Assembly (NCBI GenBank): GCA_041891055.1
Contig: CP169075.1
Location: 1 to 64,000 of the forward strand
Direction: 5' to 3'
Length of the DNA: 64,000 nucleotides
From: Halorutilales archaeon Cl-col2-1
GTDB lineage: Archaea > Halobacteriota > Halobacteria > Halobacteriales > Afararchaeaceae
Shown here: piece by piece, positions 10,240-20,961 of the stretch
Numbering within the stretch: position 1 is the stretch's first letter
Layout of the letters: every line of letters begins with the position of its first letter
Translations under genes and position numbers: made by a program
The notes under the pieces: generated by a model
The model's input: only the letters and a program-made list of their open reading frames with translations
Database searches by the model: none
Told to the model about the DNA's origin: nothing

Positions 10240-11869
10240 TATGAGTATAATGCCAGCCCAGATCGAGGAGCCACCCGACGAAGTCCACTCACTCGACCGA
10301 GTCACAGTCCTGTTGATCGACGATGACGAGACATGGGCGCGCGTAACGGGACGGCTCCTGTCGAACAACACCGACGCTCTGGACGTGACGACGGCACATA
10401 GTCTGAAGGAAGGACGCGAACTCTTCGAGCGACTCGACCCCGACTGCGTCGTCTGTGACTACCAGCTTGGCGACGGCACGGGGATTTCACTGTTAGAGGA
10501 GGTTCGTGAGACCGATCCGGATCGACCCTTTCTGTTAGTGACCGGTCGTGGGGACGAGGGGGTTGCGAGCGAGTCTATCGGTAAGGGCGTCACCGACTAT
10601 ATCCGTAAGGACGAGGACGACGACGAGGCTAGCTTGCTCGCGAGTCGGATCAAGTCTTCCGTCCGTTCTTACCGAACTGAGCGCGCTCTCGAACGCGAAC
10701 GCCGGAGCAAGACGGCGTTGCTCGACATACTCACCGGGACGACTGCGCAGAAGGATCTGTCCCAGGAGTTCTGTACCCGACTCGTCAACGAGCGCGACTA
10801 CGCTTGCGCATGGATAGCCCGCGAGACGACTACCGGATTATCGGTACCACAAGCCGTTGCCGGTCGTGAGTCGTACTTCGACGCGATCCACTCCCCGAAC
10901 CAACCCCTCCCGGAGGGAGAGCCTGCACGCGAGGCACTCGAAACCGACGACGCCGTGCTTACGCGACTCGACGAACCCGTCTCAGATACGGGAACCGAGT
11001 GGGAACCCCTCGCCCACGAGTACGGGTTCGAGGGTGCCGTCGCCGTGCCGATACGTTACGACGGGATACGGTTCGGGGTGCTTGCTGCTTACGCCGACGA
11101 CGTGAGTCTACTTGACGACGTCGAACGGACGACGGTCGAGGAGTACGCAGAGACAGTCGGATACGCGCTCACGAACGCCGAACGCAAACGGTCGCTCGCA
11201 TCCTCTCGTCCGGTCAGTGTACGGATTGACATCAGCACAGACGCTGTACCCCTACGGGGACTCACCGATTCTATCCCGACTGATGCGACAGTCGATGTAC
11301 TCTCAACCGTCCTTCGAGACGACGGGACGACGCTGTATGTCGCCACAATAGACGGCGACTGCAGACAGGACATCGCCGATGAGATTTCTGATGCCGACGG
11401 GGTTCAGTCGGTAAATCTCGATAGATCCGTGTCACCCCATCGCTGTGAGATCGTCGTGACCTCTCCTACGCCCGAAAGTATTCTCACCACACACGGCATC
11501 GCGGTCAAGGAGACGACTCTCTCCGGCGACACCATGAAACTCTCGCTTACGCTCCCCGACGACGAGGCGGTGTCGAAGATACAGAACGTCCTGGAGACCA
11601 AGTTCGACGACGCGTCCGTCTCGACAGTCTGGACACACCGAGAGAGCGACGGTTCGACCACGGATCAGGAGTTCGTATCTGCTATGACGGACCGTCAGCG
11701 CGAAGTTCTTCGACACGCACTCGATGTCGGGTATTTCGAGCGTCCCCGAGGGACGAGCGCGACCGAACTCGCCGACCACTTTGGTCTCAGCCGGGCGACG
11801 GTCAGCCAGCATCTCCGTTCTGCCCAGCGGAAGATCTTCACCGGGCTGTTCTACGGTCAAACGGACTAA
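10240..11869 (+). CDS. Response regulator: receiver + GAF + bacterio-opsin-activator-type HTH
   Basis: LLIDDD...CVVCDYQL...LVTGRG receiver motifs; GAF-like VAVPIRYDG; C-terminal MTDRQREVL...GYFERPR...HLRSAQRK; start approximate. Confidence 0.9.
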
Positions 11870-11873
11870 CAGT

Positions 11874-13700
11874 ATGTACGATATAGCGTTGCTCTCGGTT
11901 GTTCTCTCGGTCGTCGTGGGCGGCACCGCTGCCGCGTGGCTACTCACCAGCCACAGTTCGGATAGCGCGGCGTTTTCGTTAGGTGCAGTTCTCCTCGTGT
12001 TCACCTTCTGGACGGCGACACATCTCGGAACCCTGTTTGCAGGGAGTCTCCGGTGGCTCTTACTCTTCAAACAGCTCTCGTACATCGGCGTCGTAAACGC
12101 CCCTATAACGTGGTTCGTGTTTTCTGTTCGGTATACCGACCAAGGCGAGTGGATATCGCGTCGACGTCTCGCCCTCCTGTCCGTGGTTCCCGTGCTAACA
12201 TTAGTGATGGTATTCACCGCTCAGTACCACTCGTTCTTCTATACCTCCATCGACGTGGCTACGGTGAGCGGTCAGCCACTCCTCCAGACTACCGAGGGAC
12301 CGTGGCATATCGTGAACGTCGTGTACTCTTACTCACTCTTGCTTGCCGGAACAGGTCTCCTCGCCGTGACTGCGCTCTCCGATAACCGGCTCTACCGTCA
12401 CCAGTCCGTACTTCTGATAAGCTGTATCTCGGTTCCTTGGCTCGTGAACATTATCTACCATACCGGAGCTAAGCCGTTTCCGTGGTTCGACGCGACGCCG
12501 ATGGCTTTTATCGCCGCAGGAATTCCACTCAGCGCAATCGTCGTCCGGACTGACATGGCATCGTTCCTCCCGGTCGCTCACGAGCGGGTCTTCCGATCAC
12601 TCGATGATCCGCTCTTGGTCGTCTCACCCGACGACGAGATCATCGACGCAAACGACGCTGCCCGGCAGGTTCTGAGCGGCTCCATACCGCTGGAAGGCTC
12701 TTCGGTCGCCTCCGTCCTGCCGCCCCGGTTGCTCAACGGTCGCAAACTACGTACCGATTTTGACGGAACCCTTGAGGTATCACTCAGCCAAGATGGGGAC
12801 ACCCGGCAGTATCTCGCCCGTCAACAGCAGGTTGAACCCGAAAAAGAGAATGTGTCGCGTGGCTGGGTTGTCACGATGACGGATATCACCGAGCGCAAAC
12901 AACGCGAACGTGAACTCAGACGTCTCTCTGAGCGCACGCAGCGGAAGAACGAGCAGCTTGAACGTATGGCGGGGGTCATCTCACACGATATGGCGGCACC
13001 GCTTTCGACCGCCGAGAAGACGGTGTCGCTGCTCCGTGCAGACCTCGATGATCCCGATCCGTCGGTGGAACAGTCTCTCGAAGACCTCGATACCGTCCAC
13101 GACCGACTACGTGGGTTCGCCGAGCATCTCCCACGGCTGGCGCGCGAGAGTATCGACGTGGAGACTACTAAGAAGTGTGATCTCGCCGATGTCGCGGAGA
13201 CGGCATGGAACACCGTTGAGACTGACGGTCTCGAACTAATTATTACAGATAGTCGGACATTGAACGCCGATAGACGACGTCTTCAGCAGGTCTTTGAGAA
13301 CCTATTCCGAAACACTGTCGAACACGGTATAAAAGACGACACCGTTGAGTCCGATGACACCGTAGCTGTAGAAAACCGAACTTCGAATGATCTCACTCAG
13401 ACAAGCCAGACATCTTCGACACACGAACCAACGACTGCGACGACTGTCCGTGTCGGAACCTGTGAAGGCGGTGTGTTCGTCGAAGATGACGGGCCCGGTA
13501 TTATCCCGGAGCAACGTGAGAACATCTTCGAGTACGGAATGAGTACGGGGAGTAGTTCAGGATTCGGACTCGCAATCGTAAGAACGGTCGTCGAAGCACA
13601 CGGATGGGAGATAGATGTTACCGACTCAAAGACCGGCGGCGCACGGTTTGAGATTAGAGTCGATGATTCGTTTAACTCCCTACCCAAACAACCGTCTTGA
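11874..13700 (+). CDS. Sensor histidine kinase (7TM + PAS + HisKA + HATPase)
   Basis: Seven hydrophobic segments, ISHDM H-box, NLFRN, EDDGPG, GFGLAIV, GGARF; start at MYDIALL just after the regulator stop. Confidence 0.9.
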   Translation: MYDIALLSVVLSVVVGGTAAAWLLTSHSSDSAAFSLGAVLLVFTFWTATHLGTLFAGSLRWLLLFKQLSYIGVVNAPITWFVFSVRYTDQGEWISRRRLALLSVVPVLTLVMVFTAQYHSFFYTSIDVATVSGQPLLQTTEGPWHIVNVVYSYSLLLAGTGLLAVTALSDNRLYRHQSVLLISCISVPWLVNIIYHTGAKPFPWFDATPMAFIAAGIPLSAIVVRTDMASFLPVAHERVFRSLDDPLLVVSPDDEIIDANDAARQVLSGSIPLEGSSVASVLPPRLLNGRKLRTDFDGTLEVSLSQDGDTRQYLARQQQVEPEKENVSRGWVVTMTDITERKQRERELRRLSERTQRKNEQLERMAGVISHDMAAPLSTAEKTVSLLRADLDDPDPSVEQSLEDLDTVHDRLRGFAEHLPRLARESIDVETTKKCDLADVAETAWNTVETDGLELIITDSRTLNADRRRLQQVFENLFRNTVEHGIKDDTVESDDTVAVENRTSNDLTQTSQTSSTHEPTTATTVRVGTCEGGVFVEDDGPGIIPEQRENIFEYGMSTGSSSGFGLAIVRTVVEAHGWEIDVTDSKTGGARFEIRVDDSFNSLPKQPS

Positions 13701-13840
13701 GTGCGAGTTCGCGTACTTTCCCCTAAATTCTTTGAAAACACTTGAGTCAATTCAACATCCGTACTGCTCTGGATTCAGTAACTTCTGTCATACGGATGTC
13801 TGACTGAGCTTTATTATATCGTACGTGCAAAATAGTTTGT

Positions 13841-14632
13841 ATGTCCGAAACAGCCAAACTCACAGTTGCAAACCAAAAGGGAGGTGTTGGCAAAACCACA
13901 GTAGCTATCAATGTAGCTGGAGCATTGAATCAGATCGGTAGAGATGTCCTCTTTATAGATCTCGATCCGCAAGGTAACGCTACTGAAGGGCTAGGGTTCG
14001 AAGAAAAATACGAAGCAGAGCCTCCATCTCTGTTCGATGTCCTTACTGACCACGAAAAAAGAGAGGAGGCAGAAAATCTCGTAGTAGAACACGAAGAGAT
14101 GGATGTCCTGCCATCTAATATTGATATGACGAGTGTTGAGCCCGAACTCACCACTGCTATGCGGAGCAGAGAAAAGTTAAGACAGGTCATAGAAGAAATC
14201 GAGACTGACTACGATATCATCATAGTCGACTCGCCCCCTTACCTGGGTAACCTCACAGACAACGCCCTCCTAGCCACTGAAAACGTTCTCATACCTGCTT
14301 TAGCCGAATCTACATCGAAAAGAGCACTCGAACTTCTTTTCGATCAGATAGATGTCTTAGAGGCGGAGTACGAGATCAACGTGCGAGACTTAGGTCTTGT
14401 CGCGAACAGAGTAGAAACAACGAATGAAGCTGATGAGATGATGGACTGGTTCGAGGCAGCTTTCCCTGATGCGCCGGTATGGGAGATTCGTAAGAGGGTC
14501 GATCTACAGAGGGCGTTTTCCGAGGGAGTGTCAGTATTCGAGTACGACAAAAACGTCGACATGGAAGAAGAGTTCCTAGATATAGCAAAGGATCTAGAAA
14601 AACAGTTTGAGCTTTCCGAGGTGAAAGCATGA
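13841..14632 (+). CDS. parA: ParA/Soj-family partition ATPase
   Basis: Deviant Walker A NQKGGVGKTT, DLDPQGN, DSPP. Confidence 0.95.
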   Translation: MSETAKLTVANQKGGVGKTTVAINVAGALNQIGRDVLFIDLDPQGNATEGLGFEEKYEAEPPSLFDVLTDHEKREEAENLVVEHEEMDVLPSNIDMTSVEPELTTAMRSREKLRQVIEEIETDYDIIIVDSPPYLGNLTDNALLATENVLIPALAESTSKRALELLFDQIDVLEAEYEINVRDLGLVANRVETTNEADEMMDWFEAAFPDAPVWEIRKRVDLQRAFSEGVSVFEYDKNVDMEEEFLDIAKDLEKQFELSEVKA

Positions 14633-15006
14633 GTGACGACAGAGCTGATAGACTACGAAAGAGACGTGAAGAGCAGAAGGAGAAGATATCTGAGAATATA
14701 GAGTCTGACTCTGGAGATAGTTCTTCTAATCCGTCCAAAACATCAAAAACGTCCGAGACATCCGAGACATCCGAGACATCCGAGACAGGTAATGTGAAAG
14801 AGGAACTCAAGGGTGTCTATATGTATCTGCCCGAGGAGTTAGCTGATGATCTCGCTTACCAGTACAAGATCCTCGATGCGGAGTTCGGTAAGGAGTTTGG
14901 AGAGGATCTAGAGAAAAATAGAGAGTTCTACCGTTTGGTTGTCCGAAAAGGTTTGGATAGTTTGGACAGTTCTGACATCCAAGATATACGAGAAGAGCTA
15001 GAGTAG
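14629..15006 (+). CDS. ParA-coupled partner protein (putative centromere-binding adaptor)
   Basis: ATGA overlap with parA; disordered N-terminus with SET repeats, then a VYMYLPEEL beta-alpha segment. Confidence 0.7.
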   Translation: MSDDRADRLRKRREEQKEKISENIESDSGDSSSNPSKTSKTSETSETSETSETGNVKEELKGVYMYLPEELADDLAYQYKILDAEFGKEFGEDLEKNREFYRLVVRKGLDSLDSSDIQDIREELE

Positions 15007-15060
15007 ATTTCTATGCATCGGTAAAAATTTTTGGCGTAGCCCTAAGTTGATCGATAACAG

Positions 15061-15297
15061 TTGGAGTATATGGGGAGTAAGGGAGAAAGTTGGAACCAAG
15101 CAAAACTTAATGAGCCACTTAATGGAAACACGGAGGATGTCTGGAAACAGTGGAAATACGAATGGAATCTCGGAAATAAAGATACTGAAGTCGTAGTCAG
15201 AGCCGTTGATGGAGACGGTGATCTTCAGCCTAAGAAAGAACAACAGCCATACCCGAGTGGTGCAACAGGATGGGTATCGAAAAAGATAGATTTCTAA
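15061..15297 (+). pseudogene. C-terminal fragment of a sulfite-oxidase-like molybdopterin enzyme
   Basis: WKQWKYEW...VVRAVDGDGDLQP...PSGATGW resembles the Mo-co dimerisation domain; no N-terminal part or ATG. Confidence 0.65.
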
Positions 15298-15491
15298 AAT
15301 AGTTTGTATATACAAACTGGTTTGTATGGCAGATATACAAGAGCTAAAATAGACTGATTCTAGCTCTGTCTAGCGATTCCACAGGGCAGAAGACTGGGAT
15401 CTACTCGACTCCCTCAAACTCGAATTTGGGGAATTTCTCGAGAATAGTGGTTAGCTCGGCTTTGGCGAATCGCCATACGGAGTTTTGTTCG

Positions 15492-17117
15492 TCAATTAGT
15501 AGATCTAACTTCAGCTTCCTCTTGGCTCAGAGAAGTCCATACCACGGTGTATCCAATCTCCTCAAGAATACTCTCTCCTAGTCCGTATTCTTCGAGTACT
15601 GGCTTAATGTCCGAGAGATACAGAGTCTCAGTCTCAGTCTCAGTCTCAGATTCAATCGAATCAATCTCCTCACGTATCTCATCGATCACGTCTGATGGAA
15701 GATAATCAGTTCCTGAAACTACTCCGTTGACGTCGCCACTCTCACTCTCACCCTCACTCTCACTTTCTTCGAGGTACTGCTTCATTGCCTTAGTTTCGAC
15801 TCCCTCTCTGTCCGCAAGCTCATGTATATCTACGGCTTCAGACTTAGCATCGACCTCTAATCCTTGCCCTTGCTGATTTAGCTTCTCAAGATCGTCCTGT
15901 ATAATCTCGTCCTCGATCTCTCTAAGTCTCTTGAAGACAGGTTTCACCGAGATCTTCTTGTTCGGATTATAAAAGAAAAGAGACAGTTCCTCATCTTCGT
16001 CTTCTCCGTTGGTCTTGGTATTGAAGTCCTCTTCGCGACAGTTAAGATCGTTATTCACAGCGAGCATCATGGGTTTCTCTTTCTCCACTTGACGTACTTT
16101 CTTGATTTTCTCCTCTAAGTACTCGGGAGTCCAGAATCCCACAACCTCTAAGTAGAACTCTCTGCCCCTTTTTTCGAAGCTGAAGTCGGGGATCATCACG
16201 TTTCTGTCAGTACGTAATATCGTAGGCTCGTGGTTAATCTCCCAGCCTTCTGCTTCTTCACCGAGTAAGAACTCTATCCGGGATACAAGACTTCGCTCGA
16301 CTTCGCTGTCGTACGAGGCGTTGACTTCCTTATCTGGAAACAGTTTTTGACTATCTGAGTTAAGATAAAAATCGTAGACACGATCCTGACCTGACACTGT
16401 CGTCTCAACCTTCGATTGGATCTCCCAGTCGTCAGCCTTCATTATAGATGGTATGACTTTCGCGAGCGTCGTACCGTACTTACGTGTTTTCTTGAAAAGA
16501 GAAGCAGGTCCTGTGACGATGACATTTAGATCTTCATCGACAGTGTACATCAGTCCAAGATACTTTACCGTCCGAAAGATCTCCTGGAAGTTGTTGGATA
16601 CCTTGAACTCAAGATCGGTTGCGTCGAACAGTAGTGTCTGAGTGAGAGATAGATTGTACTGACGGAGTAGATCCTCGGGACTGAGACCGAGATTATCAGT
16701 ATTAGACACAAGAACTTCGTTCTCTTCTCTGTCCGCCCAGAACCCCTCACGTATATCTCGTGTCGTGATTCCGTCGTTCTCTTGGGCTACCTCGGCTATG
16801 ACTCGGTTCCTCTCACCCTTGCTGGTTACGTAACCCCTCTCAAAGAGCTTCTCTCGTATCTCCGATGCTTCCATGCCGCCAGGAGAACGCACTTCGAACT
16901 CTACGTTACGCTCGATTATCTTCGAGAGCCCACGTAAGAACTTGAAGTTATCATGGGTCTCCATCTCCTCTATCGAGTCCCAGATCTCATTCTTCGTGCG
17001 TCCTTCCCGGTACTCGTCTATAACCTCTCGAACTACCTCGAGGCTTCCCTCGTCCCTATACTGGGGTTTGATGTAGCCATCCCTCTTCTTCGTCTCAAGG
17101 AGATCCTTCGTTAGCAT
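15492..17117 (-). CDS. bax1: Bax1 (DUF790) endonuclease
   Basis: MLTKDLL start, YNLSLTQTLLFDA, MIPDF...LEVVGFWTPEYL; directly downstream of XPB. Confidence 0.9.
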   Translation of the reverse strand: MLTKDLLETKKRDGYIKPQYRDEGSLEVVREVIDEYREGRTKNEIWDSIEEMETHDNFKFLRGLSKIIERNVEFEVRSPGGMEASEIREKLFERGYVTSKGERNRVIAEVAQENDGITTRDIREGFWADREENEVLVSNTDNLGLSPEDLLRQYNLSLTQTLLFDATDLEFKVSNNFQEIFRTVKYLGLMYTVDEDLNVIVTGPASLFKKTRKYGTTLAKVIPSIMKADDWEIQSKVETTVSGQDRVYDFYLNSDSQKLFPDKEVNASYDSEVERSLVSRIEFLLGEEAEGWEINHEPTILRTDRNVMIPDFSFEKRGREFYLEVVGFWTPEYLEEKIKKVRQVEKEKPMMLAVNNDLNCREEDFNTKTNGEDEDEELSLFFYNPNKKISVKPVFKRLREIEDEIIQDDLEKLNQQGQGLEVDAKSEAVDIHELADREGVETKAMKQYLEESESEGESESGDVNGVVSGTDYLPSDVIDEIREEIDSIESETETETETLYLSDIKPVLEEYGLGESILEEIGYTVVWTSLSQEEAEVRSTN

Positions 17118-17130
17118 AGATTAGCTTAGT

Positions 17131-18516
17131 TTAGTTTGTCTGCCTTCTCTGTGACGTGTTCATCTCTCCCGTGTCGCTCGATACTATCTCGTACATCTTA
17201 GCCACGTCACCCGAAGGACGGAGTATTCTTCCGAGTCTCTGTTTGTACTCACGCTTACTCCCCGTGCCACTCAGGATTATACCGACGTTTGCGTCGGGGA
17301 CATCAACGCCCTCGTCAAGCACCTGTGAGCTTACAATAGCCGAGTACTCGTCTTCTCGGAACTTACCGAGTATTTCGCGACGTTCGTCTTTCTTCGTCTT
17401 GTGAGTGATAGCGGGTACGAGGAATCTCTCGGATATATCGTATACCATGTCGTTGTACCGGGTGAAGACGATAATTCTGTCATCCCTGTGCTGTTCGAGA
17501 AGGTCACTTAGAACTTCCATCTTGGATTCGGAGCTGTAAGCGATTTTTCGAGCCTTATTACGAGATCTGACGGCTTTCCAAGCCTGTGGATCGTTGCCGC
17601 TACGTATAACGACTTTCTGAAAGTCCTCAGGCTTCCGCATACGGATGTCACTCGAGCGCAGATACTCCTTGAAGACCTCTCTGTTCTTCTCGTACTCCCT
17701 CTTTTCTTCGGGCTTCATCTCGACGCTGATACGCTCTATAGTATAGTCAGAAAGATGCTCCCCGGTGAGCTCATCGGTGTCTATTTCGTATACCTTCCCG
17801 CCGAGAAGCTCGGACAGACGCTCGTGAAGGTTATCCGGACGCTCGTAAGTTGCAGTAAGACCCATTCGATAGGGAGAAGCGAAGAACTCGGCGATATGCC
17901 GATACCCTTCGGAAGGGAGGTGATGAACCTCGTCGAATATCAGAAGCTCGAATCTGTTACCGAGGTTCTCAGCATTGTTGTACGCCGAGTCGTAGGTAGA
18001 TACCGTAATAGGCTGGAGGTCTTTCTCTCTTCCCGTGTACTCACCTATACTGGCTTCTTTGGTTCTTCGGGCATTAGAACCTGATTCAGTATTAAAGTCG
18101 AAGTTGTCTTTCAACTCTTCTTTCCACTGATCTACGAGATCGAGCGTAGGCACGACAATAAATGCCGACGAGTGAACTTCTTCGATAGCCTTCATCGCGA
18201 CGTATGTCTTGCCTGCTCCCGTAGGTAGTACGAGTACACCCCTCCTGTCGTGCATCCACTGGTCAAGAGCCTCTTCTTGGTAGGGGCGTAGATCTATATC
18301 CGTGGACGGTGTAGTAGACTGGTTATAGTTAGGTATGCTATTTAGATCGAGAACGTTGTCCTCGTAAGAGATCTCCGAGTTTTCGAGATAATCTATGATA
18401 TCCCTGTATCGAAAAGCTGGAGCTCGGTTATCCCCTGTTCTGTCGTCCCACTTAGTCTGAGGAACGTTGTAGTCGCCGTGGATAGAGACAGTCCCTTTCT
18501 CGAACTCCAGACGCAT
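17131..18516 (-). CDS. xpb: XPB/Rad25 SF2 DNA helicase
   Basis: LRPYQ, PTGAGKT, DEVH, GLTAT, QRLGRILR. Confidence 0.93.
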   Translation of the reverse strand: MRLEFEKGTVSIHGDYNVPQTKWDDRTGDNRAPAFRYRDIIDYLENSEISYEDNVLDLNSIPNYNQSTTPSTDIDLRPYQEEALDQWMHDRRGVLVLPTGAGKTYVAMKAIEEVHSSAFIVVPTLDLVDQWKEELKDNFDFNTESGSNARRTKEASIGEYTGREKDLQPITVSTYDSAYNNAENLGNRFELLIFDEVHHLPSEGYRHIAEFFASPYRMGLTATYERPDNLHERLSELLGGKVYEIDTDELTGEHLSDYTIERISVEMKPEEKREYEKNREVFKEYLRSSDIRMRKPEDFQKVVIRSGNDPQAWKAVRSRNKARKIAYSSESKMEVLSDLLEQHRDDRIIVFTRYNDMVYDISERFLVPAITHKTKKDERREILGKFREDEYSAIVSSQVLDEGVDVPDANVGIILSGTGSKREYKQRLGRILRPSGDVAKMYEIVSSDTGEMNTSQRRQTN

Positions 18517-19072
18517 ACAGGGGATACGGATGTTAAACTCCTAAAGGTACTGTTACTGTTACAGTCCAAAGCAGTTGTGTGAATCTTTGAAAGGATAGTA
18601 TAGCATTTCTGAGTGTAGTCTATCTATTTACCACGAACAGACGATGGAGAAATCTGATGATGACTTAGATAGTCCCGACCCCGAAGTAGCCGCATGCCAA
18701 ATTCAAGTCGAAGATCTCGACGTCGAGACAAATCTCCAACGAATACGCGAATACGCTCTCCAACTCCCCGACAGTACAGACATAGCTATCTTCCCCGAGT
18801 ACTCTCTGACAGGCTACACCGACGACGAACGTGTATACGGGGTGGCTATGACACGAGACGAAGTAGTCCCGAAAGTACGTGGGATTTCTGAGGAGACAGA
18901 CACCGAGATTCTGTTCGGATTTATAGAAGAAAGAGAGGATGGAGAGGAGTACTACAATGCCGCGGGCTACGTGACTCCAGAAAAAGACACAGTATATCGA
19001 AAACGCAATTTATGGAGTTCAGAAGAAGAGCTTCTCTCTCAGGGTGAGGAAAGAGTGGTAATTAAGACTTCA

Positions 19073-20661
19073 GCCATGAGTAGCCGCGGAGACCCCTTCC
19101 TCAAGGAATCCGCTTTCAAGCAAATCAAAGATTTGCGTACCTTCGTGAATCTCCGATTCACGAGATAGCGGATGAGTAGGGAGGGGAGGAGCGCGTCAAA
19201 TACCTCCTCGATATCTGTTCTCTGTACTCAGTTAACTCCCCACTCCTAAAGAATTTAAATAGATAGAAAGCATTGAAACTAGTATGGAAGTGCGTCGGAC
19301 GCTACCGGTTAAACTCGTTGTTGACGACAACGACAAGGACGCACTTCTAGAAACTATTGATCAGTACAAACACTGCGCCAACGAAACCAGCGACCACTGC
19401 TGGAACGAAGACGACTACAAGAAAACAGCCAAGTACGCTGTCAAAGACGAGCTCTACCACGACCTGAAAACAGAGCACGACTTGACGGCGAATCTCGTCC
19501 AGCAAGCCATCTTCCAAGCCGTCGAAGCCGTCAAGGCTGGCGTCGAACGTCTCGAAAAGAACGAAGACACCAGTCAACCCGAGTTCACCGCCGACACGGC
19601 TCGTTTCGACAAACGAGCCGCTACCTTCCATGATGACCATGTCTCGCTGTCCACCGTGGATGGACGTATCGAAGCAGACTACCTACTCCCAAACGACACA
19701 GCAGACACTCCTTTCGAAGAATACCTCGAAAACGACGACTGGGAGTTCCGCACCAGCACACTCCACTACAAGCCGTTCGACGACGAGTTCTGGCTCCATA
19801 TCGGCTTCAAACGGGTTGAGGAAGACACCGACAGCACCCAAACTGACGCTGATGTCCCCGAGAACAGGACAGTCCTCGGGATCGACCTCGGCGTCGAGAA
19901 CCTTGCTGTCGCATCAACCGGCACGTTCTGGACAGGAGACGAACTTGACCACTGGCACCGTGAGTTCGAGAAGCGACGTAGGTCGCTTCAAGAACGTGGT
20001 ACACAGGAGGCTCACCGTACGCTCCAGCGCGTGAGCAAGAAGGAAACTGCCTACTACAAGCAGTATCTCCATATCGTCGCCAACGAAATTGTTGAAGAAG
20101 CGGTCGAACACGAGTGTTCGGTGATCGCCTTCGAAGATTTAACTGACATCCGCAAACGAGCGCAGGGGGCAACATGGCACCACCGCTGGCGGTTTAACCG
20201 CTTGTATGAGTACGTCGAGTACAAGGCGAAAGCCTACGGGATCGACGTTGAAGAACTGGAGCGGAGTCCACAAGCGAAGACAGTACCGGCTTACTACACC
20301 TCCCAACTGTGTAGCAGCTGTGGATTCACCCATGAAGACAACCGCCCCACGCAAGAACAGTTCGAGTGCCAGAAGTGTGGCTACGAGAATCACGCCGACT
20401 ACAACGCCGCCAAGAACGTAGCAGTCCGCTGCTGTCGGCGGCTACTCCGTCGTAACCAAACTGGCGACGACGGAGGCGCACCCGTAAACGTTGCGCTAAA
20501 TGGCGGGACGATGACCGTGAACGTGTAAGCACCGAAGCCCCTTCGACGGGGAGACGGGCCTCTCCGTGCCACCCCTCGGTGGCCTGAACGGGAGTTCACG
20601 TCAAAACCCCACCCTTCACGAGCGAGGGTTTGCCCGAGCGAAGTAGGGTGGGGTAGTTTAC
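19073..20661 (+). mobile_element. IS200/IS605-family (IS1341-type, tnpB-only) element
   Basis: Hairpin left end after TTCA; right end ...GTAGGGTGGGGTAGTTTAC; interrupts the nitrilase. Confidence 0.85.
19284..20528 (+). CDS. tnpB: TnpB RNA-guided nuclease
   Basis: RuvC motifs GIDLG / AFEDL / ADYNAA plus CxxC-CxxC zinc finger. Confidence 0.95.
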   Translation: MEVRRTLPVKLVVDDNDKDALLETIDQYKHCANETSDHCWNEDDYKKTAKYAVKDELYHDLKTEHDLTANLVQQAIFQAVEAVKAGVERLEKNEDTSQPEFTADTARFDKRAATFHDDHVSLSTVDGRIEADYLLPNDTADTPFEEYLENDDWEFRTSTLHYKPFDDEFWLHIGFKRVEEDTDSTQTDADVPENRTVLGIDLGVENLAVASTGTFWTGDELDHWHREFEKRRRSLQERGTQEAHRTLQRVSKKETAYYKQYLHIVANEIVEEAVEHECSVIAFEDLTDIRKRAQGATWHHRWRFNRLYEYVEYKAKAYGIDVEELERSPQAKTVPAYYTSQLCSSCGFTHEDNRPTQEQFECQKCGYENHADYNAAKNVAVRCCRRLLRRNQTGDDGGAPVNVALNGGTMTVNV

Positions 20662-20892
20662 ATGGGTCGTAGGCTGTGGTAGGACAGGAAAAGGTATGGA
20701 CAACGAATGTAGATACGCTGGAGCGTCGTCTATAGTTTCTCCTGATGGCACCATTAGCTCGAGTCTCGACACAGATGAGGGAATACTCATAGACGAGCTA
20801 TCCCACGAGAAACTACGACAAGAACGTGATCTCGTAGGTATATTCTCAAATTCAAGCTGACTGAGCAGAGAAGACTACTACACTCCCGGTTT

Positions 20893-20961
20893 GCGGTTTG
20901 GAGTGTATTTCTAATTTAGCTAACCAACATTTTCTAGAGAAATATCAGAAATGTTGGTTAG
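20893..20961 (-). repeat. IR-A copy with ORB-like motif (reverse orientation), overlapping the cdc6 stop codon
   Basis: GCGGTTTGGAGTGTA...AGCTAACCAACATTTT...AATGTTGGTTAG. Confidence 0.8.

Larger units (their letters stand above)
18644..20860 (+). pseudogene. Carbon-nitrogen hydrolase (nitrilase family) split by a tnpB element, with an internal deletion
   Basis: N-part 18644-19072 (IFPEY, YRKRNL); C-part from 20663 reads WVVGCGRTG...YAGASSIVSPDG...*; the catalytic CYD segment is missing. Confidence 0.85.

Noticed and set aside
624-13239. Many overlapping or antisense ORFs
   Set aside because: Shadow frames of GC-rich genes, with non-halophilic composition
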